NCBI GenBank assembly: GCA_963575745.1 | Contig: CAUYUJ010000091.1 | Span: 62,001 to 118,414, forward strand | DNA length: 56,414 bases | Reading direction: 5' to 3' | From: Prorocentrum cordatum | Lineage: Eukaryota | Shown: piece by piece, positions 1 through 13,398 of the stretch | Layout of the letters: the number at the start of each line of letters is the position of its first letter | Numbering within the stretch: the first letter of the stretch is position 1 | The notes under the pieces: generated by a model | Seen by the model: the letters and a program-made list of their open reading frames with translations, nothing else | Databases searched by the model: none | What the model was told of the DNA's origin: nothing | Translations under genes and position numbers: made by a program

Positions 1-1984
1 GTACGGAGAGGCAGTGCCACACGGACATTGGCCTCTGAGACTCTGAGGTCGACACCATGGACAAAGAATGTTTTGAGAACGTTGGGGTGAAGTCAAAGAC
101 GGGGGAGGGGAGTCGATCCCCTCCGTCCCCGTGGAAGATGGGGCGAGGGTCGAAACCCTTCCTCCTTCCTTCTCCAGAGTGAAAGGCGGTCGGGGGGGGT
201 GATAAAACCTCCTGCTGCCCCCCTGGCGCCAGTGCAGACCCCCCCTGGCGCCAGCACACAACAACGACGGCGACGACGACGACAAGGACCGCGCCACGAC
301 GACGACGACGAGGATAACGACGATCATTTTGAGAACATGCGATCTGACATACTCATTCGACTTCATATGTTCTCCTCTCTCCCTTGCAGCCCATCGGAAT
401 GTCCATGGACGAACCCACTGATCGGGGGGCGTCTTTTCTAACCAGCTCCTGGGAGCAAAATTCAGCAGCGCGCACTACGCCGACATGGCCGTCGTTCAAT
501 GAAGTCGCGCCCGCGGGCTACTCAATTATTTGAGCGACTTGCGAGGAAGTCTCAGGAGGGAGCACCGTTCCTGAGCTGAGGGCCTCCAGGGCGTCCCAGA
601 GTAAACTGTGAGGAAGTTGCGACATTGTTTTGCCGATCTGCGTGGGCCCTCGCACCCAACCCCCTGCCCCCCATTGAGTGGATCTTGGGTGTTTTTTGGC
701 GCCTGTTTCAAGCAGGTGGAGTCTCCCCCATACTACGTACTGTTGCAAACAGTCGCACTAAGAAGATGTCCCGCGCCAGACCCCCCCCACATCCCCTCCC
801 CTCCGCCCAATGTCGAATCGCCGAATAGGAAAACGTTCGTTTTCGAGCGGAGCATTTGCGTAGCTGGACCGTCACCCACTCGAACGACTTGCGAGGACGT
901 TTCGGGTGAGAGCGCCATTCTTGAGTAAGAAAGCGTATGGCCAGGGCGCGCGCGAGGACATTACAAGAGAGCATCGAACGGCAGCCACTGTCGTCAGAGT
1001 TGGGCGTTGAACGCGCTGCGAACATGCCTCGGGCGAGGGCTCCGCTCACGTGTCTTGCGAAGGGCGGCCAAAGTGCCCGGGAGTAAATCGTCGATTTAGA
1101 GGTGATCGAGGGGGAACCGCGGCCGTTGCAGTCGAGAGGGCTCTGAACAACCAGGATTTGGTCGGGCATGTCCCTCTGCAGGAGTTTTAGTCCAAATTAG
1201 CCAAAACATAATCCTGGGACACTGTTTTGACTGTGTTTGACCATCTTTGAATATTGTTTGATCATGTTTCGCGCTTTTCTCCCACAATCCACGTGGACGA
1301 CGCAAAAAAAGTGCTCTTCTGCGCCGACATTGGCGCGTAAGGTCGCGCGTAAGCGCCCTCGCTTCAAGTGTGGCGTGCCGCGCGGGCGGCCCGCGTGAGT
1401 CACCGCGTAAGGTCGCTACGTCATCTCGCGTAAGACCCGTTTTTGATCGGCGCTCACCTGTAGGGTGACATGTCCGACCTAAAGCCAGGATCTGGGATTT
1501 GAGCCCGCGCTCGAGCGGGCGCCCCGACGTCAAAGAACCTTATGCCTCCGAGTCGGCTTCGACGGCTTCCGATTCCGATTCGATTCGGTTCGGCTTCTCC
1601 CGACTCAGCTGCCGAGTTCGGCCGATACGATTCGTTTCGATCGCCGATCCGACTTAAAGTGGAGGCCCATGCCAGGAAACACCCTGCTCGCCTCCAGGGT
1701 GCCCTGGGCTTCTTGGGTTTCGATGGTTTTGCTGCGGAAGGCATGACGTCCCCACACTGAAAGTCAATGAACGCCTTGGGGTCTCCGGGTTGAGTTTCTT
1801 GTGGAAGGTCTCCTGTGGACCATGGACGGACCCGCCCGCCCACGATGGCAAGGGAGGCGCGCGGAGCAGCGAGAGCAGGAACGGGGCCGGCGACCGCGAC
1901 AGCAGGCGCGCCTCCAAGAGGGCAAGCGTTCGTGTGCGTCGGCTGCCGGCCCCCCCCCCCTGCAGGAGAGTGAGCGACGGCATA

Positions 1985-2160
1985 CGGTGTGGGCCCGTGC
2001 CAAGAGACACCCTGCTCGCCTCCAGGGTGCCCTGGGCTTCTTCGGCTTCGATGGCTCTGCCGTGGAGAGCGTGGCGCTCCCCTGCCAAGAGTCAGTGGGC
2101 GTCCTGTGGTCTCAGGGTGGGGTCTCTTGTGGAGGGTGTCTTGCTAGAGGGCCTCCACTG
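1985..2160. mobile_element. ~175 bp MITE family B (TIR CAGTGGAGGCC..GGCCTCCACTG, TA flanks, Tc1/mariner-type); other copies 1657-~1822, 7416-7590, 22144-22319, 26022-26186, 48126-48302, fragment ~25545
   Basis: Shared core CACCCTGCTCGCCTCCAGGGTGCCCTGGG..TTCGATGGTTTTGC..GGTCTCAGGGTT. TA on both sides in the 1985, 26022 and 48126 copies. Confidence 0.85.
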
Positions 2161-2638
2161 TAAGCGATGACATAAACATGCCAGAACACATAAAATCCGG
2201 AGCTCGAGCGCGCGGCGGCGCCTCCGGCGCTGCCCCAGGCGCGCTCCGCGCGCCAGGGAGGGGGTCCAGCCCTCAAGCAGTGGCGAAGCTTCCTGGCCCG
2301 CCTATAGGCCCACCAAAGAATGTTAGAAGAACCTTCTGTGATATGCACGAAATGTTTTTCGAACACTACTGGCTGAGACCTGTCTTGCTTGAACACATCG
2401 GGCTTACGTTCCAAGAACATCGTTTTTGTTTTTTAGAGCAGCGTTTGCTTCTAAGAACAGTTCGTGGTTGGCCTGTAGGAATGCCGGAACGGTCGGTCCC
2501 TTCTCAAAGGCCCGATCCGAGGAATTTGCGCGGACCTCTGTTGTTTTTGTATGTGTATGGCATTGCAGGTCGTTGCCTGGGCACATGTTCGGCGTCCCAT
2601 CGTTGCATCCTATCCTTACTGGTCACCGCTCCTCCCAG

Positions 2639-2689
2639 GAGCAGACTTTTTACATGAAGCGGGCGATCGAGTCGGACAATGTTCGGGAG
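2639..2689 (+). CDS. VPS35: VPS35 exon (first recognisable): EQTFYMKRAIESDNVRE
   Basis: Resembles the VPS35 N-terminal Q.F.MKR.LD motif. Acceptor cccAG|G, GC donor at 2690, phase 0 join to the next exon (..DNVRE|ALKHAS..). Confidence 0.85.
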
Positions 2690-3251
2690 GCATGCGTGCA
2701 ATTTCGTGCTGCTGCTTTTCCTGACTTCGGTCATTATGGCGGCGCCCACGCGTTATTGCAATTACTCCGAGCCAGTGTTTCGATAGTTACTCGATGGCGA
2801 CGTGTTCTTGCATGTTGGTGGTGCCATGTTCTGCTACGCAAATGCTTCTTGTGCTTCGAATGTCGGTACATGTACGATCTCAATGAGCCTTACCTATACT
2901 CATAGTCGTATCGGTCTTCGCAGGTGCAGGTCGCTTCAGGGGGGGACCAGAAAACATGGGCTTACCTCGGATAATAGTTCCGTTGCGCTCCCGCACGTCT
3001 CCGCCACCGCGTTTTGCAGTGCAGTCAAGGTTGCGCAGCCTTACTGCACGGCTGGCGCGGTCTGCGTGAGGACGGGTGCGCTGGATCTTGGGAGGCGGTT
3101 GCACACAGGCGTGCAGGTTGGCCCAGAGAGCGAGAGCACGCCTTTTGTCGTCCTGCGCGCGCCACGTTGCAAGGCCTCGAGAGGAGGCTGGTCTGGAGTA
3201 GGACACGGGCAGGAGCAGGAGGAGAATGGGAAGGAGTCAGAGGTGGAGCAG

Positions 3252-3389
3252 GTACCCATACCTCTACCCTTCCCTCGTTTCCCTCGTGTTGGGCCTCCTC
3301 GGAGGCCCTCGTCGTCACCGCTGGATTCGCCTCGGAATTCCGGTCAGAACGCACCCCGGGAGAGGTCAGGAGAGTAGCGATATCGGTAC
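3252..3389. mobile_element. ~135 bp MITE family A (GTACCCATACC..GGT(A/C)TGGGTAC); other copies 22419-22545 and 34868-~35000 (inside the DIRS-like element)
   Basis: Shared core CGCTGGATTCGCCTCG..GGTCAG(A/G)ACGCACCCCGGGAGAGGTC and inverted termini. Confidence 0.8.
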
Positions 3390-3864
3390 CATGCGGTTTC
3401 CCCGATTCAGGGGGGGGGAAGAGGTTGCGTCCCCAGTGGCCAGTGGCACGCCGTGCAAGTGTGAATAGGCGAGCGTTGCACGATTGACATGGGAGGCGCT
3501 GCCTGGACATTGCACTGTGCTCCGAATGTCAGACCCACCCTCACGTCTGCGGCTGGGTGGGGGCATATTGCTTACCGTGGCGACGTTGCAGCGTTGAAGT
3601 TGCATTGCGTCGCATGGCTGTTGTGATGCAGTGGGTTGTATTTCGGGATCCACGGGGGCATTTGGTTGGCCGTCTGCTGGCCTTCGGGTCGTCTTTTAGG
3701 GGACATTGTTGCTTACTGGATTCGGGCGAACCACATGGTCTGCAGCTGCATCTCATTACCACTGCAAGGCCACGCTTGTTTGCGCGTCGATTGCGTAGGT
3801 TCGATTGGTGTGCTGGTGATGCGCACGGCCGGGGCCGCACGCCACTCTGGTTTGCACCGCCGAG

Positions 3865-3948
3865 GCCCTCAAGCACGCTTCTAACATGATCTGTGAGCTG
3901 AGAACGTCGCTGCTGTCGCCGAAGAATTATTACGAGCTCTACATGCAG
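3865..3948 (+). CDS. VPS35: VPS35 exon: [28 protein letters not shown]
   Basis: Highly conserved VPS35 motif [16 protein letters not shown]. Acceptor ccgAG|G, GC donor at 3949. Confidence 0.95.
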
Positions 3949-4795
3949 GCTGGTTGGGTCTCTTCGTTCATCATTGTTAAAGCGTCGTCTTCGCGAGAGC
4001 ATCTTCATGCGTCATTGTTGATGCATCCTTGTTCGAAGGCCACTGATTGGTCCAGCGCCTCTTCCAGCATCATTCATCTTCTCCTATCCATCCTGCGCTT
4101 GCTTCGGCTGCTCTCCCTGCTCCATCTCTTCCACTCCCATCCGATTGCCTTCACCATCGTTCCGATGTTCTTTCAATGTTGTCCCGGGCACTGATACCGA
4201 ACCGTTGGAAGCTCATCGACGATCAACCGTTTAGCTCAGTCACTTAGCTAGCGTGTCCGCGAACCTGGCTTCCATATTCTCGCCATATTTCCTCGGCGCA
4301 CCTCGGAGGCGTGTTTCGGTGCGCATGCCTCGGAGGAGCGGGGGACAGCAGAAGGGCGAAGGCGAGATCGCACCCTGCACATTGTCGGCAGAACGAGCTC
4401 CCTGCGCCCAAAGTGCTGGTGGGACTACTACCAGCTTTCCTCTTCCTCCTCCCTCCTCCTCCTCCTCCTCCTCCTCCTCCTCCTCCTCCCTCCTCCTCCT
4501 CCTCCTCCTCCTCCTCCTCCTCCTCCTCCTCCTCCTCTTCCTCCTTCTCCTCCTCTTCCTCCTTCTCCCGTTCCACTCGCAGTTCGATTACCGCGCATGG
4601 TAGGTCGCACATCACTACTGCAACTCGTGATGTTGATTGTCGTAGTTCTGCTCGACTCGGCCCGTCACCGCTCCGCCGCCGCCGCCGCCGCCTCCCGTTC
4701 CACTCCTCCGTCTCATAGTCCTCCCCGTGCTCGGGGCCCTTCTCGGCCCTCCGCCCCGCCAACCCCGCCCTCCCTCGCGGCCCGTGCTCCAGCAG

Positions 4796-4879
4796 GTCTT
4801 CCGAGAGATGCAGAACCTGTCGGATTTCTTCGGCGACTCGAGCCGGCACAAGAAAAAAATGGTAGACTTGTACGAGTCC
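4796..4879 (+). CDS. VPS35: VPS35 exon: VFREMQNLSDFFGDSSRHKKKMVDLYES
   Basis: In-frame continuation into DLYE.VQ.AGN. Acceptor gcAG|G, GT donor at 4880. Confidence 0.88.
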
Positions 4880-6232
4880 GTCTTGGGCTCGGTATGGAGG
4901 GAGGAAGATGGGAGTAGAAGAAGGAGAACGAGAAGGGGGAGGCTTGTGGTTCCGCATCTGTTTGCCCTCTGCAGCTCCGTCCTCTCTTCCTTCCATTGTC
5001 CGAGGCAGGACCGGATGAAGGGCGAGTTTTGGAGGCGATGTGGGGCTTCTGAGCTGCGAAGCTGATGAAGCCGAAGCTGATCACGGCGATACAACTGGCA
5101 GAGTATGCAGGTTAACTAAAACGAGGGAGAAGGAAAAGGAAGGGAGGACATGGAGTCAAGGCAGGCAGAACGCAGAGTGGGAGGACGTGCGGTGGTAGTT
5201 AATGGTGCGCTGGAGGATGATGAGGAGGCGGAGGACTCCTCCTAATAGGCCCCTGCAACGGTTCACTTCCACTGGAGGAAGTGCCCCGTCGGGGAACATC
5301 CGTGTGCAAAACCTTGAAGCGTGCCGAAACACCATTCTCAGGACTTCGACGCCACGAACCAACCTGACTGTGGCGGCTTGAGGGTCCTGCATCGTGCTGG
5401 AAAACCACTTCTGGGACTTCAGTAGGAGCAGGAGTAGGAGAAGAAGTAGGAGGAGGAGGAGGAGGAATCTGTGTATGTTGACGACCACGGCAACGCCAAC
5501 GCCGATCAGGAGAAACGAGCGGGAGGAGGAGGAGCAGGGATGAGGAGGATGCGGAAAGCAAGGAGGGGGGGAGGTGAGATATTGATCTGAGGCGGAGGAT
5601 GGCAGGGAATGGTAGCGCAGGCAACCCGATGCTGAACAGTGCAGCGCGTCAGGAGAAGGAGCAGGAGCAGGGCGAGGAGGAGAGTGTCCTGGCGCGCTCC
5701 AGGGATGCCCTCGGGCACCCAGCGCTGGAGGGGTGGGGGGGGGTCAGTGGACCGTAACGACGGGTACTCTGGAGGTTTGCCGAACATTGTAAGTCGGGCA
5801 TGTCCCTCTCATTCGAATGATCCAAAAAACAGTGTGCAATTGTTCGATTTGTTTCTGTCATGTTTGTAATTGTTTGATTATTTTAAACAAATGTTTCTTC
5901 CAAAATCCGCCTGTGGGGAGACATGCCCGACCCAACGAAAGCTTCTACTTTGGGGTTTCTTTCTAGCATTACAGCGGTGCCCAGATCGAGGAGGGTTGGG
6001 TTCGCTGGGTCACTGGCCAAAGTGCCTGGTGGTGGAGCCCCCAGTAGAGTTAAGCCGGGCGTGTCAGAGTACAGGAGGAATATTCAAAAGCAGTCTAAAA
6101 CAGTTTCGTGACGATCTTTTGATTACTTGTTGACCATTCTGAAGTATGTTTCTACTCTTTTCACTTTTCGCCCAAAATCCGCCTTTAGGGGGACATGCCC
6201 GACCTAACAGTAGAGGGGCGCTAAGGGTGGGT

Positions 6233-6267
<35 letters not shown>

Positions 6268-6597
6268 CTCCAGTGCCCTGTGCGCACCCTTTCCCCCCCC
6301 CCCTCTGGCCGAAGTCCGCCCAGAACTGGGGCTCCTCCGTCCCTCCCCCAGCCGTCCCCCTCCCTCGACCCCTCCTCAGTCCTCCTCCTCCTCCTATCCC
6401 TCCTCCCCCCCCTCCCCCTTCTCCTCCCCCTCCTGCTCCTCCTCCCCAGCCTTCTCCTCAGCCTCCTCCTCCCCCTCCCCCTCATCCCCCTCCTCCGTCT
6501 CCCCTCCTCCTCCCCCCCTCCGCTCCCCCTCCTCCGACTCCCCTCCTCCTCCTGCTCCTGCTCCTCCCCTCCTCCTCCGCTCCTCCTCCTCCTCCTC

Positions 6598-6628
<31 letters not shown>

Positions 6629-6941
6629 TCCTCCTCCTCCTCCTCCTCCTCCCCCTCCTCCTCCTCCTCCTCCTCCCCCTCCCCCTCCTCCCCCATCCTC
6701 CTTCTCCAGGGAACCACCCCCCGCAAAGCTCTCCGAGCTGCGCCAGGGAGGCGAGGAGGTCGACGAAAGGGGGAGGCGGCGCCCAGGGGGCTTTCCGCGC
6801 CCAGAGGCCGCTCGAGGCCCCAGCGCAGGCCAGAGCATGGGAGCGCACTCGCTCTCCCGCCGCCCGCCTTATACGCCTTCCAGTGTCCCGGTGTCGGTCG
6901 TTCGACCGTCGTTCTCTGTCCGTGCATCGTCCGTCGTTTGC

Positions 6942-7167
6942 CGGTTGACCCAAAAGGGGGTGGTGCAATAGATCTGGTGCAATCGATACGTGGGGTTGCA
7001 ATACATTAGGGGCGTGCAGTACATTCCCGGGCGCAAATGTATTGTTGCACGTTCGCGTGCAATGAAATACAATGCAATACAATTCTTTGGCTCAGTACAT
7101 TTGCAATCTAATTGCCCCAACTCTAGTGCACCATCCCCTTTCAGCTGGATCCCCTTTTGGGTCACCC
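6942..7167. mobile_element. MITE with TIR GACCCAAAA(A)GGGG..CCCCTTTTTGGGTC and internal TGCAAT repeats
   Basis: Inverted termini and AT-richer interior. Confidence 0.6.
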
Positions 7168-7922
7168 AAAGTTTGTCCGTCGGTCGCGTCGTCTCTCAGA
7201 TTTCTGCCACGCTGGCAAACGGTGGCCGTGCAGGCCGTCACGGGTTGCTCTTCTTCGGACGGTCTTGTTTGGGGCCAGATGGTCGCCCCCTTGCGATGTC
7301 GATACGAAGATGATTGCATCTTTGTTTTGCCAGGTTGCCTGGCGCTTCATGACAGGAACCAAAGCTCAGGGTCGCAATCGTCCCGTTCCGTTCCGTGTAA
7401 CATAATCGGCGATTGCAGTGGAAACCCATGGTAAGAAATTCCTTGCTTGCCTCCCGGGTGCCCTGGGTTGCTTGGGTTTCGATGGTTTCGATGTTGAGAG
7501 CGTGACGCTTCCACATCAAAAATCAATGGACGTCCTGGGACTCAGGGTTGCGTTTCTTGTGGAAGGTTTCTTGTGGACTGGCCTCCACTGTACAAAGGGT
7601 GTGGTTACGCCCAGGTGTGGGTCGCGCGCTGCGCGGCGGCGAACGCTGTCGAGGTCGTCGCCCGCCCCCCAGGGTGCGCGCTGCACAGCATACTCCTTGC
7701 AGGCCATTCCTCTCGGAGTCGCCGACAGACTAGAAGGGGGCGAGGGGAAAGAGGCGGAGAGGGGAGGAGGGGGAAGAGGGGGAGTAGGGGTAGGAGGAGA
7801 GGAGGAGGAGGAGGAGGAGGAGGAGGAGGAGAAGGAGGAGGAGGAGGAGGAGGAGCAGGAGGAGGAGGAGGAGGAGGAAGGGGAGGGGGAGGAGGATGAG
7901 GAGCAGAACGGGGAATGCCGAG

Positions 7923-7970
7923 GTCCAGAGTGCCGGGAACATCCTGCCGCGGCTGTACCTCCTGGCGACG
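7923..7970 (+). CDS. VPS35: VPS35 exon: VQSAGNILPRLYLLAT
   Basis: Contains the VPS35 signature AGNILPRLYL (PRLYL motif). Acceptor ccgAG|G, GC donor at 7971. Not represented in the ORF track. Confidence 0.95.
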
Positions 7971-9204
7971 GCGGGGCGTTCCCGGCGTCGAGCCTCCTCC
8001 CCTTCCGCCTGCTCGGGCTTCCCCTCCCGTTGCTGACTGCCCTTCTGCTCGGCGGCGAAGTCTTGAAGAAGAAAAGACACCATACACATAAATTGTTGTT
8101 ACTCCGCGCGGATTTCCTGGATCCGCGCTGGGCCCCCCTGGCGGCGCCTCTGGCGCCGCCCCTGGCGCGCTCCGCGCGCCAGAGGGGTCCGGCGCAGTTC
8201 CAAGAAATCCGCGCGGAGCGCCAGAAGTTCATGTTCATGGCGCCTTTTCTTTCTGAAATTAAAATCCGCATCCTACCCTCGCTGATCCACGATTCAGGTC
8301 AGAGCCCCGAGTCATCAGGGCTTGAGGCGGTCAGGGATAGCTGCAGATTCGCGCCTCGGGGGCCCCAACTGGAGTTACCCTGGACCGCAGTTACCCCGGA
8401 TAACTCGGGCGTCCAACCCTCCCGAATCGTCAGGGTTTGGGGCAGTCAGGGATAAACTACAGATTTGCGCCTCGGGGGCCCAAACCGAAGTTACCCCGAA
8501 CCGCAATCATCCCGGATAATTCGGGCGTCCAATCAGGCAATTCGATAGGCGGCGGGGGTAGGGTTCCGAATTCGTCGAACACGTCGCGAAATCCGAACCC
8601 TACCCCCGCCTCCAATCGATTCAGGAGAACCGATGGTTTGTGGAGGTAGGGTTCGGATGTTGCCACCTATCGGAAGTCCTCCAACGCGGGGGTTGAGGTG
8701 CTTAGTCGATTGTCCCGGGGGTTGCCGCCCAAAAGCGGTGAGTCTTTCCCTAGTGTATGATTGAATTCGGTCAGTGTCCCAGTTTGACTAGGTCGCCATG
8801 GTCACTCGAATGGAATGGAACCCCCTCCCCGTCTCCCGGACCCTCCCCCCTCCCCCTGTGATGAGAGAAGCTTCTCAGAAGGCTTGGAGACTTCCGAGCC
8901 TTCTGAGAAGGCCCGCCCCTTCTCACTTCCCCCCTCGCTCGCCGCCTATACTCGCAAGCGTCCGAAAAACACATGTCCGCTGTGATGTAGTTCATCGTAG
9001 CTCACCCGCGGCGGATCCAGGCCATTTGCGAGTAGTTACTTTGCGAGTGGTGGAACGCGCTCGTCCAGATACCCCCCATCCCTTCCTCCTCTCTTCGACG
9101 GCCTTGCCTCGCGGGGTGCGCAGCGGCTCACGCTGTAGGTCAGCTCGTGGCCCCCCCCTGCCCAGTGCCCCCCTCCATCTCATCCCCCAGGCGCCCTCCC
9201 CACT

Positions 9205-9380
9205 TGAGCGACGCAAAAAACGGGGTCGTCTGCGTCGACATTGGCCCGTAAGTTGTCCGCGTAAGGTCGCGCGTAAGCGCCCTCTTCTCCCAAGTAGCGT
9301 GGTGCTCGAGCGGCCCGCGTAAGCGACCGCGTAAGGTCGCTATGGCGTCTCGGGAAAGACCTGTTTTTGATCGTCGCTCA
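9205..9380. mobile_element. MITE family D (TGAGCGACGCAAAAAACGGG..CCTGTTTTTGATCGTCGCTCA); other copies ~1298-1456 (nested in C) and ~24753-24893
   Basis: Inverted termini and internal GCGTAAGGTCGC repeats shared by three loci. Confidence 0.75.
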
Positions 9381-9660
9381 CTTGTCCTCGCCCCTCTTCC
9401 TTTCCCCCCCACCCCACCCCCCTCTCTCACCAGAGGGCGGAGGAGGGAGAGAGGAGGGAGGAGGAGGAGGAGGAGGAGGAGGAGGAGGAGGAGGAGGAGG
9501 AGGTGAAGGCGGAGGAGGAGGAGCCATCCCCCCTCCGACCTGGAGGCCCCCAGGAGAACTCTGGGGATTTCCGGCGGTCCACGCGGAGTCCTCCGGATGT
9601 GCGTCAAGAGTGCGCAGAGAGGGGAAAAGGATGGAACTTCCGACAGTTCTCCCGGGCATA

Positions 9661-9963
9661 TACATACCCAGAGATCCAACGTGTTAAACAATCAGATCGC
9701 AGGTTTTTCCCAAACTTCGGCCCCAAGTGGCCCTCGCTGGGCCTCGGGACCATCAGAAAACGACTCAGGATGAAAAACAGGTCCTGGGGAATGGTTCGAG
9801 AATTCCCGGGGCCCCACATGTGAAAAAATCACGACCCATTCCCCAGGACCAGTTTTTCATCCTGAGTTGTTTTTGACGGTCCCGAGGCCCGGCGAGGGTC
9901 TCTAGGGGCCGAAGTTCGCGAAAACTTGCGACCTGATTTTTTCAACACGTCGTCTGGGTACAT
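9661..9963. mobile_element. ~300 bp imperfect palindrome (foldback element)
   Basis: For example ACTCAGGATGAAAAACAGGTCCTGGGGAATGG (~9763-9794) pairs with CCATTCCCCAGGACCAGTTTTTCATCCTGAGT (~9836-9867). Pairing extends out to TACCCAGA/TCTGGGTA. Confidence 0.8.
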
Positions 9964-10039
9964 CCATCTCTATATCTATATCACATTCGAAGGAGCAGCG
10001 GCCAGTTCCCGAGGCCCCCGCGGGGGGGATATATGTTCG

Positions 10040-10872
10040 TATGTTTATGTGTATGCATGTATGTATGTATGTATGTATGTATGTATGTATGTATGTATGT
10101 ATATATATATGTGTGTATGTGTGTACGTATGTATGTATGCATGCATGCATGCATGTATGTATGGATGTATGTATGTATGTATGTATGTATGTATGTATGT
10201 ATGTACGTATGTATGTATGTATGTGTATACGTATGTATGTATGTATGTATGCATGTATGCATGTATGTATGTATTCATGTATGTATGTATGTATGTATGT
10301 ATGCATGCATGCATGCATGCATGCATGCATGCATGTGTGTATGTATGTATGTGTGTATGCATGCGTGCGTGCGTGCGTGCGTGCATGCATGCATGCATGC
10401 ATGTATGTATGTATGTATGTGCATGTATGCATACATGTAGGTAGGTAGGTATGTATGCATGCATGCATGCATGCATGCATGCTTGTATGCATGTATGTGT
10501 GTGTGCATGTTTGGCTGTATGTGTGTATGGATGTATGAATGTATGTATGAATGTATGTATGTATGTATGCATGTATGTATGCATGCATGCATGCATGCAT
10601 GCATGTATGTATGGATGTGTGTATATATGCATGTGTGTATGCATGCATGCATGCATGTATGTATGTATGTAGTGTAATGGAATGACATGAAATGTAATTG
10701 CAAATACAATGTAATGTAATGTGAGGTAATGTAATGTAATGTATGGTAATGTAATATAATGTATGTATATATGTATGTATGTATGTATGGGCGTATGTGT
10801 GTATGAATGAATGAATGAATTCATGCATGCATGCATGTATGTATGTATGCATGCATGCATGTATGTATGTAT
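10040..10872. repeat. (TATG)n/(TGCA)n compound microsatellite; resumes at 15737-15914; similar tract 17330-17480
   Basis: Directly visible tetranucleotide repeats. Confidence 0.95.
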
Positions 10873-12214
10873 GAGAGAGCGCGCCCGCAGGGCCCGAGCA
10901 AAGGGGAGGGGGGGGGGGGCTAGGCTTCCAGCTACCCCCCCTCCCTTGAGCCGCCCTTGTTGGAAGCACCCCCCCCTCCCCCCTTTTTTTGCAGGGGGGG
11001 GGGGGCTAACAGCCACCCCACCCCTCCCCCCTTGGACCCGCCCCGAAGCTAACCCCCCCTCCCCACCCCTCCTTTTTTCCAAGGGTGGGGGGTGCTTAAA
11101 GCTACACCCCCCTCCCCCCCTTTCGTGCAAAGGGGGAGGGGGGCTTGGAAGCTACCCACCCCCCACCCCCCTTTGGCCGCCCCGGAAGCTACCCCCCCCT
11201 ACCCCCGGGGGGGTGCTTAAGCTACCGCCCCCCTCCCTTGGAGCCGCCCTGCTGGAAGCTCCCACCCCCCTCCCCCCCTTTGTGCCAAAGGGGGGGGGGG
11301 CTTGGAAGCTTGCCCCCCCCCCTTGCCCCCTTTGGCCGCCCAGCCCCCGGAGCCTCCGCCCTCCCTTTCGCCGACGATCCAAAATGAACAATCCACGATC
11401 GAGGATGGACGATCGACGATCAACGATCGACGATCGAAAATCCCAATCGAATCGCTTGCAATCGATTGCACTCCATTCCACTGCAATCCCCCTCCCCACC
11501 TTCCTCCGCTCCCTCCCCTCCCTCCACACCCTTCGTTCCATCTCCTCCCTCCCCTCCCTCTCCTCCCCTCCCTCCCTTCCGTCCTGTCCCTTCCCTGCAA
11601 TCCAATCGATTGAATCGATTGCAATTCAACCGATTGCAATCCAATCGATTGCAATCCAATGGATTGCAATCGAATCGTTTGCAATCCAATGGATTGGAAT
11701 CGATTGCAACGCAAGTGTATCATTCAACGTGTCCCGTGACAACGCCCAGGAACGAAAAATTACCTTGGCGACGTACCCAACCCCTGCGCAAACGCGGGGC
11801 GCAAATAGTTTAGGACACTTTATAAGGCGGACGATGACGGAGCGAGAGTTACATATGTCTGCAGACGGAATTCGGGAGACTCGCAGGAAACTGGCTTCAG
11901 GACAAGGACTAGATAAAGCTAATTAGTTGCAATCCCTGAGCAACCCTAGCCACTTCGAAAGCGGGGGTCTCAGCTCGCAGCCCCCCAGGGATGGCGAGGT
12001 CTAATTCTGTACGCTTCGCGTATCCCCACCAGCCCATCTCACAGCAGCAACTCTCGCGAAGCTTGCCGACAGTCGTGTTTTTCAGGCGTGTGTCCGCTTG
12101 GCCCCGCATATCTCCCCTGTTCCTCCTTCCTCCCGCCTCCTTGTACATCCTCCTTGTGGGGGGAGCGGGAGAAGGACGAGGCGGAGGAGGAGGGAGAGAA
12201 AGCGCTCCTCGTGA

Positions 12215-12985
12215 TTTGAGTCGTTTGGGGTTTTTCGTCCTGGTGTGAGTCGTTCGGGCCCTTCTTCCTGGTGTGAGTCGTTCGGGCTCTTCGTGGTGTG
12301 AGTCGTTCGGGCTCTTCGTCCTGGTGTGAGTCGTTCGGGCTTCTCGTGGTGTGAGTTGTTCGGGCCCTCGTCCTGGTGTGGTCGTTCGGACCCCGCCTCC
12401 TGGTGTGAGAACTCGTTTCGGGCTCCTCGTGGTGTGAGTCGTTCGGGCGGTGCGTGGGGCGGGGCCCCTCGTCATTGGTGTGATGCGTTCGGCGGCGGGC
12501 TTCCTGCCCCCTCGTGGTGTGTGAGTCGTTCGGGCGCCTCGTCCTGGTGTGAGTCGTTCGGGGCCCTCCTTCTGGTGTGAGTCGTTCGGGCTCTTCGTGG
12601 CGTGAGTCGTTCGGGCCCCTCGTCCTGGTGTGAGTCGTTCGGGCTCCTCGTGGCGTGAGGCGTTCGGGCCCTTCCTTGTGGTGTGAGTCGTTCGGGCTCC
12701 TCGTGGTGTGAGTCGTTGGGGTCTCTCGTCCTGGTGTGAGTCGTTCGAGCTCCTCGTGGGGCCTGTTGGGGGCTTCTTGGAGCCTCTTGGGGCCTCTTGG
12801 GGGCCTCTTGGGGGCCTCTTGGGGGCGTCTTGGGGGCCTCTTGGGGCCTCGTGGGGCCTCTGGGGTGCCTCTTGGGAGCCTCTTGGGGACCTCTTGGGGC
12901 CTCTTGGGGGCCTCTTGGGGGCCTCCTGGATGCCTCTTGGGGGCTTCCTGGGGGCCTCTTGGGTCCATCTTGGGGCCTCTTGCGA
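12215..12985. repeat. Minisatellite of ~22-26 bp (TGGTGTGAGTCGTTCGGGC..) followed by a 10-11 bp GGGGCCTCTT array
   Basis: Directly visible tandem units. Confidence 0.9.
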
Positions 12986-13398
12986 CCTCCTCAGAAGCGG
13001 AAATGAGCGCTTCCCCCTGATTTGACCAAAATGAGCCCAACACCTTCGTAAACTCAATGATTTTGCTATGAAGGAAGGGGAACGCGGCCCCCTCAGAAGG
13101 CCAAATGGGGCCAACACCGTAGTAAAATCAATGTTTTTAGCTTCAAAGACGAGCTGAGGCGCCAAACGCACCCCCCCCCCCCTCGGGGCCAGAATCCTCG
13201 TGAGGGTCGTCGTTGTTTGGCCCTCCCAGGCGTCGAAAAAGACTCCCCTGACCACGCTCGGGGCTGCCTCTCCAGGTCCAGGGGGAGGGGGTAGGGGGAG
13301 GGGTAAACCCCTCCCCGAAGGGGAAGAAGGGGGGTTGAGTAGGGGGGTTGAGGACAGAGAGAGCTCGCTAAACCAATCACGCCCAAAGGGCTGGTGGG

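Noticed and set aside
1822..1945. Candidate first VPS35 exon (MDGPARP..EQREQER..QQARLQEGK)
   Set aside because: Only vaguely like the expected QE.LL.EA...VK. The ATG lies at the edge of a MITE copy and there is no convincing in-phase donor. The true first exon is probably upstream of the window.
5190..5420. Coding-looking minus-strand stretch (also 23560-23790)
   Set aside because: No recognisable motif or consistent splice sites. Possibly TE debris, but unsupported.
6146..7082. Long poly-Pro/Ser/Glu/Arg ORFs (also 9902-11130, 18390-19275, 22307-23140, 25413-26203, 29931-31541, 37591-39145)
   Set aside because: Open in several frames only because microsatellites lack stops. No domain signal, and they lie in VPS35 introns.
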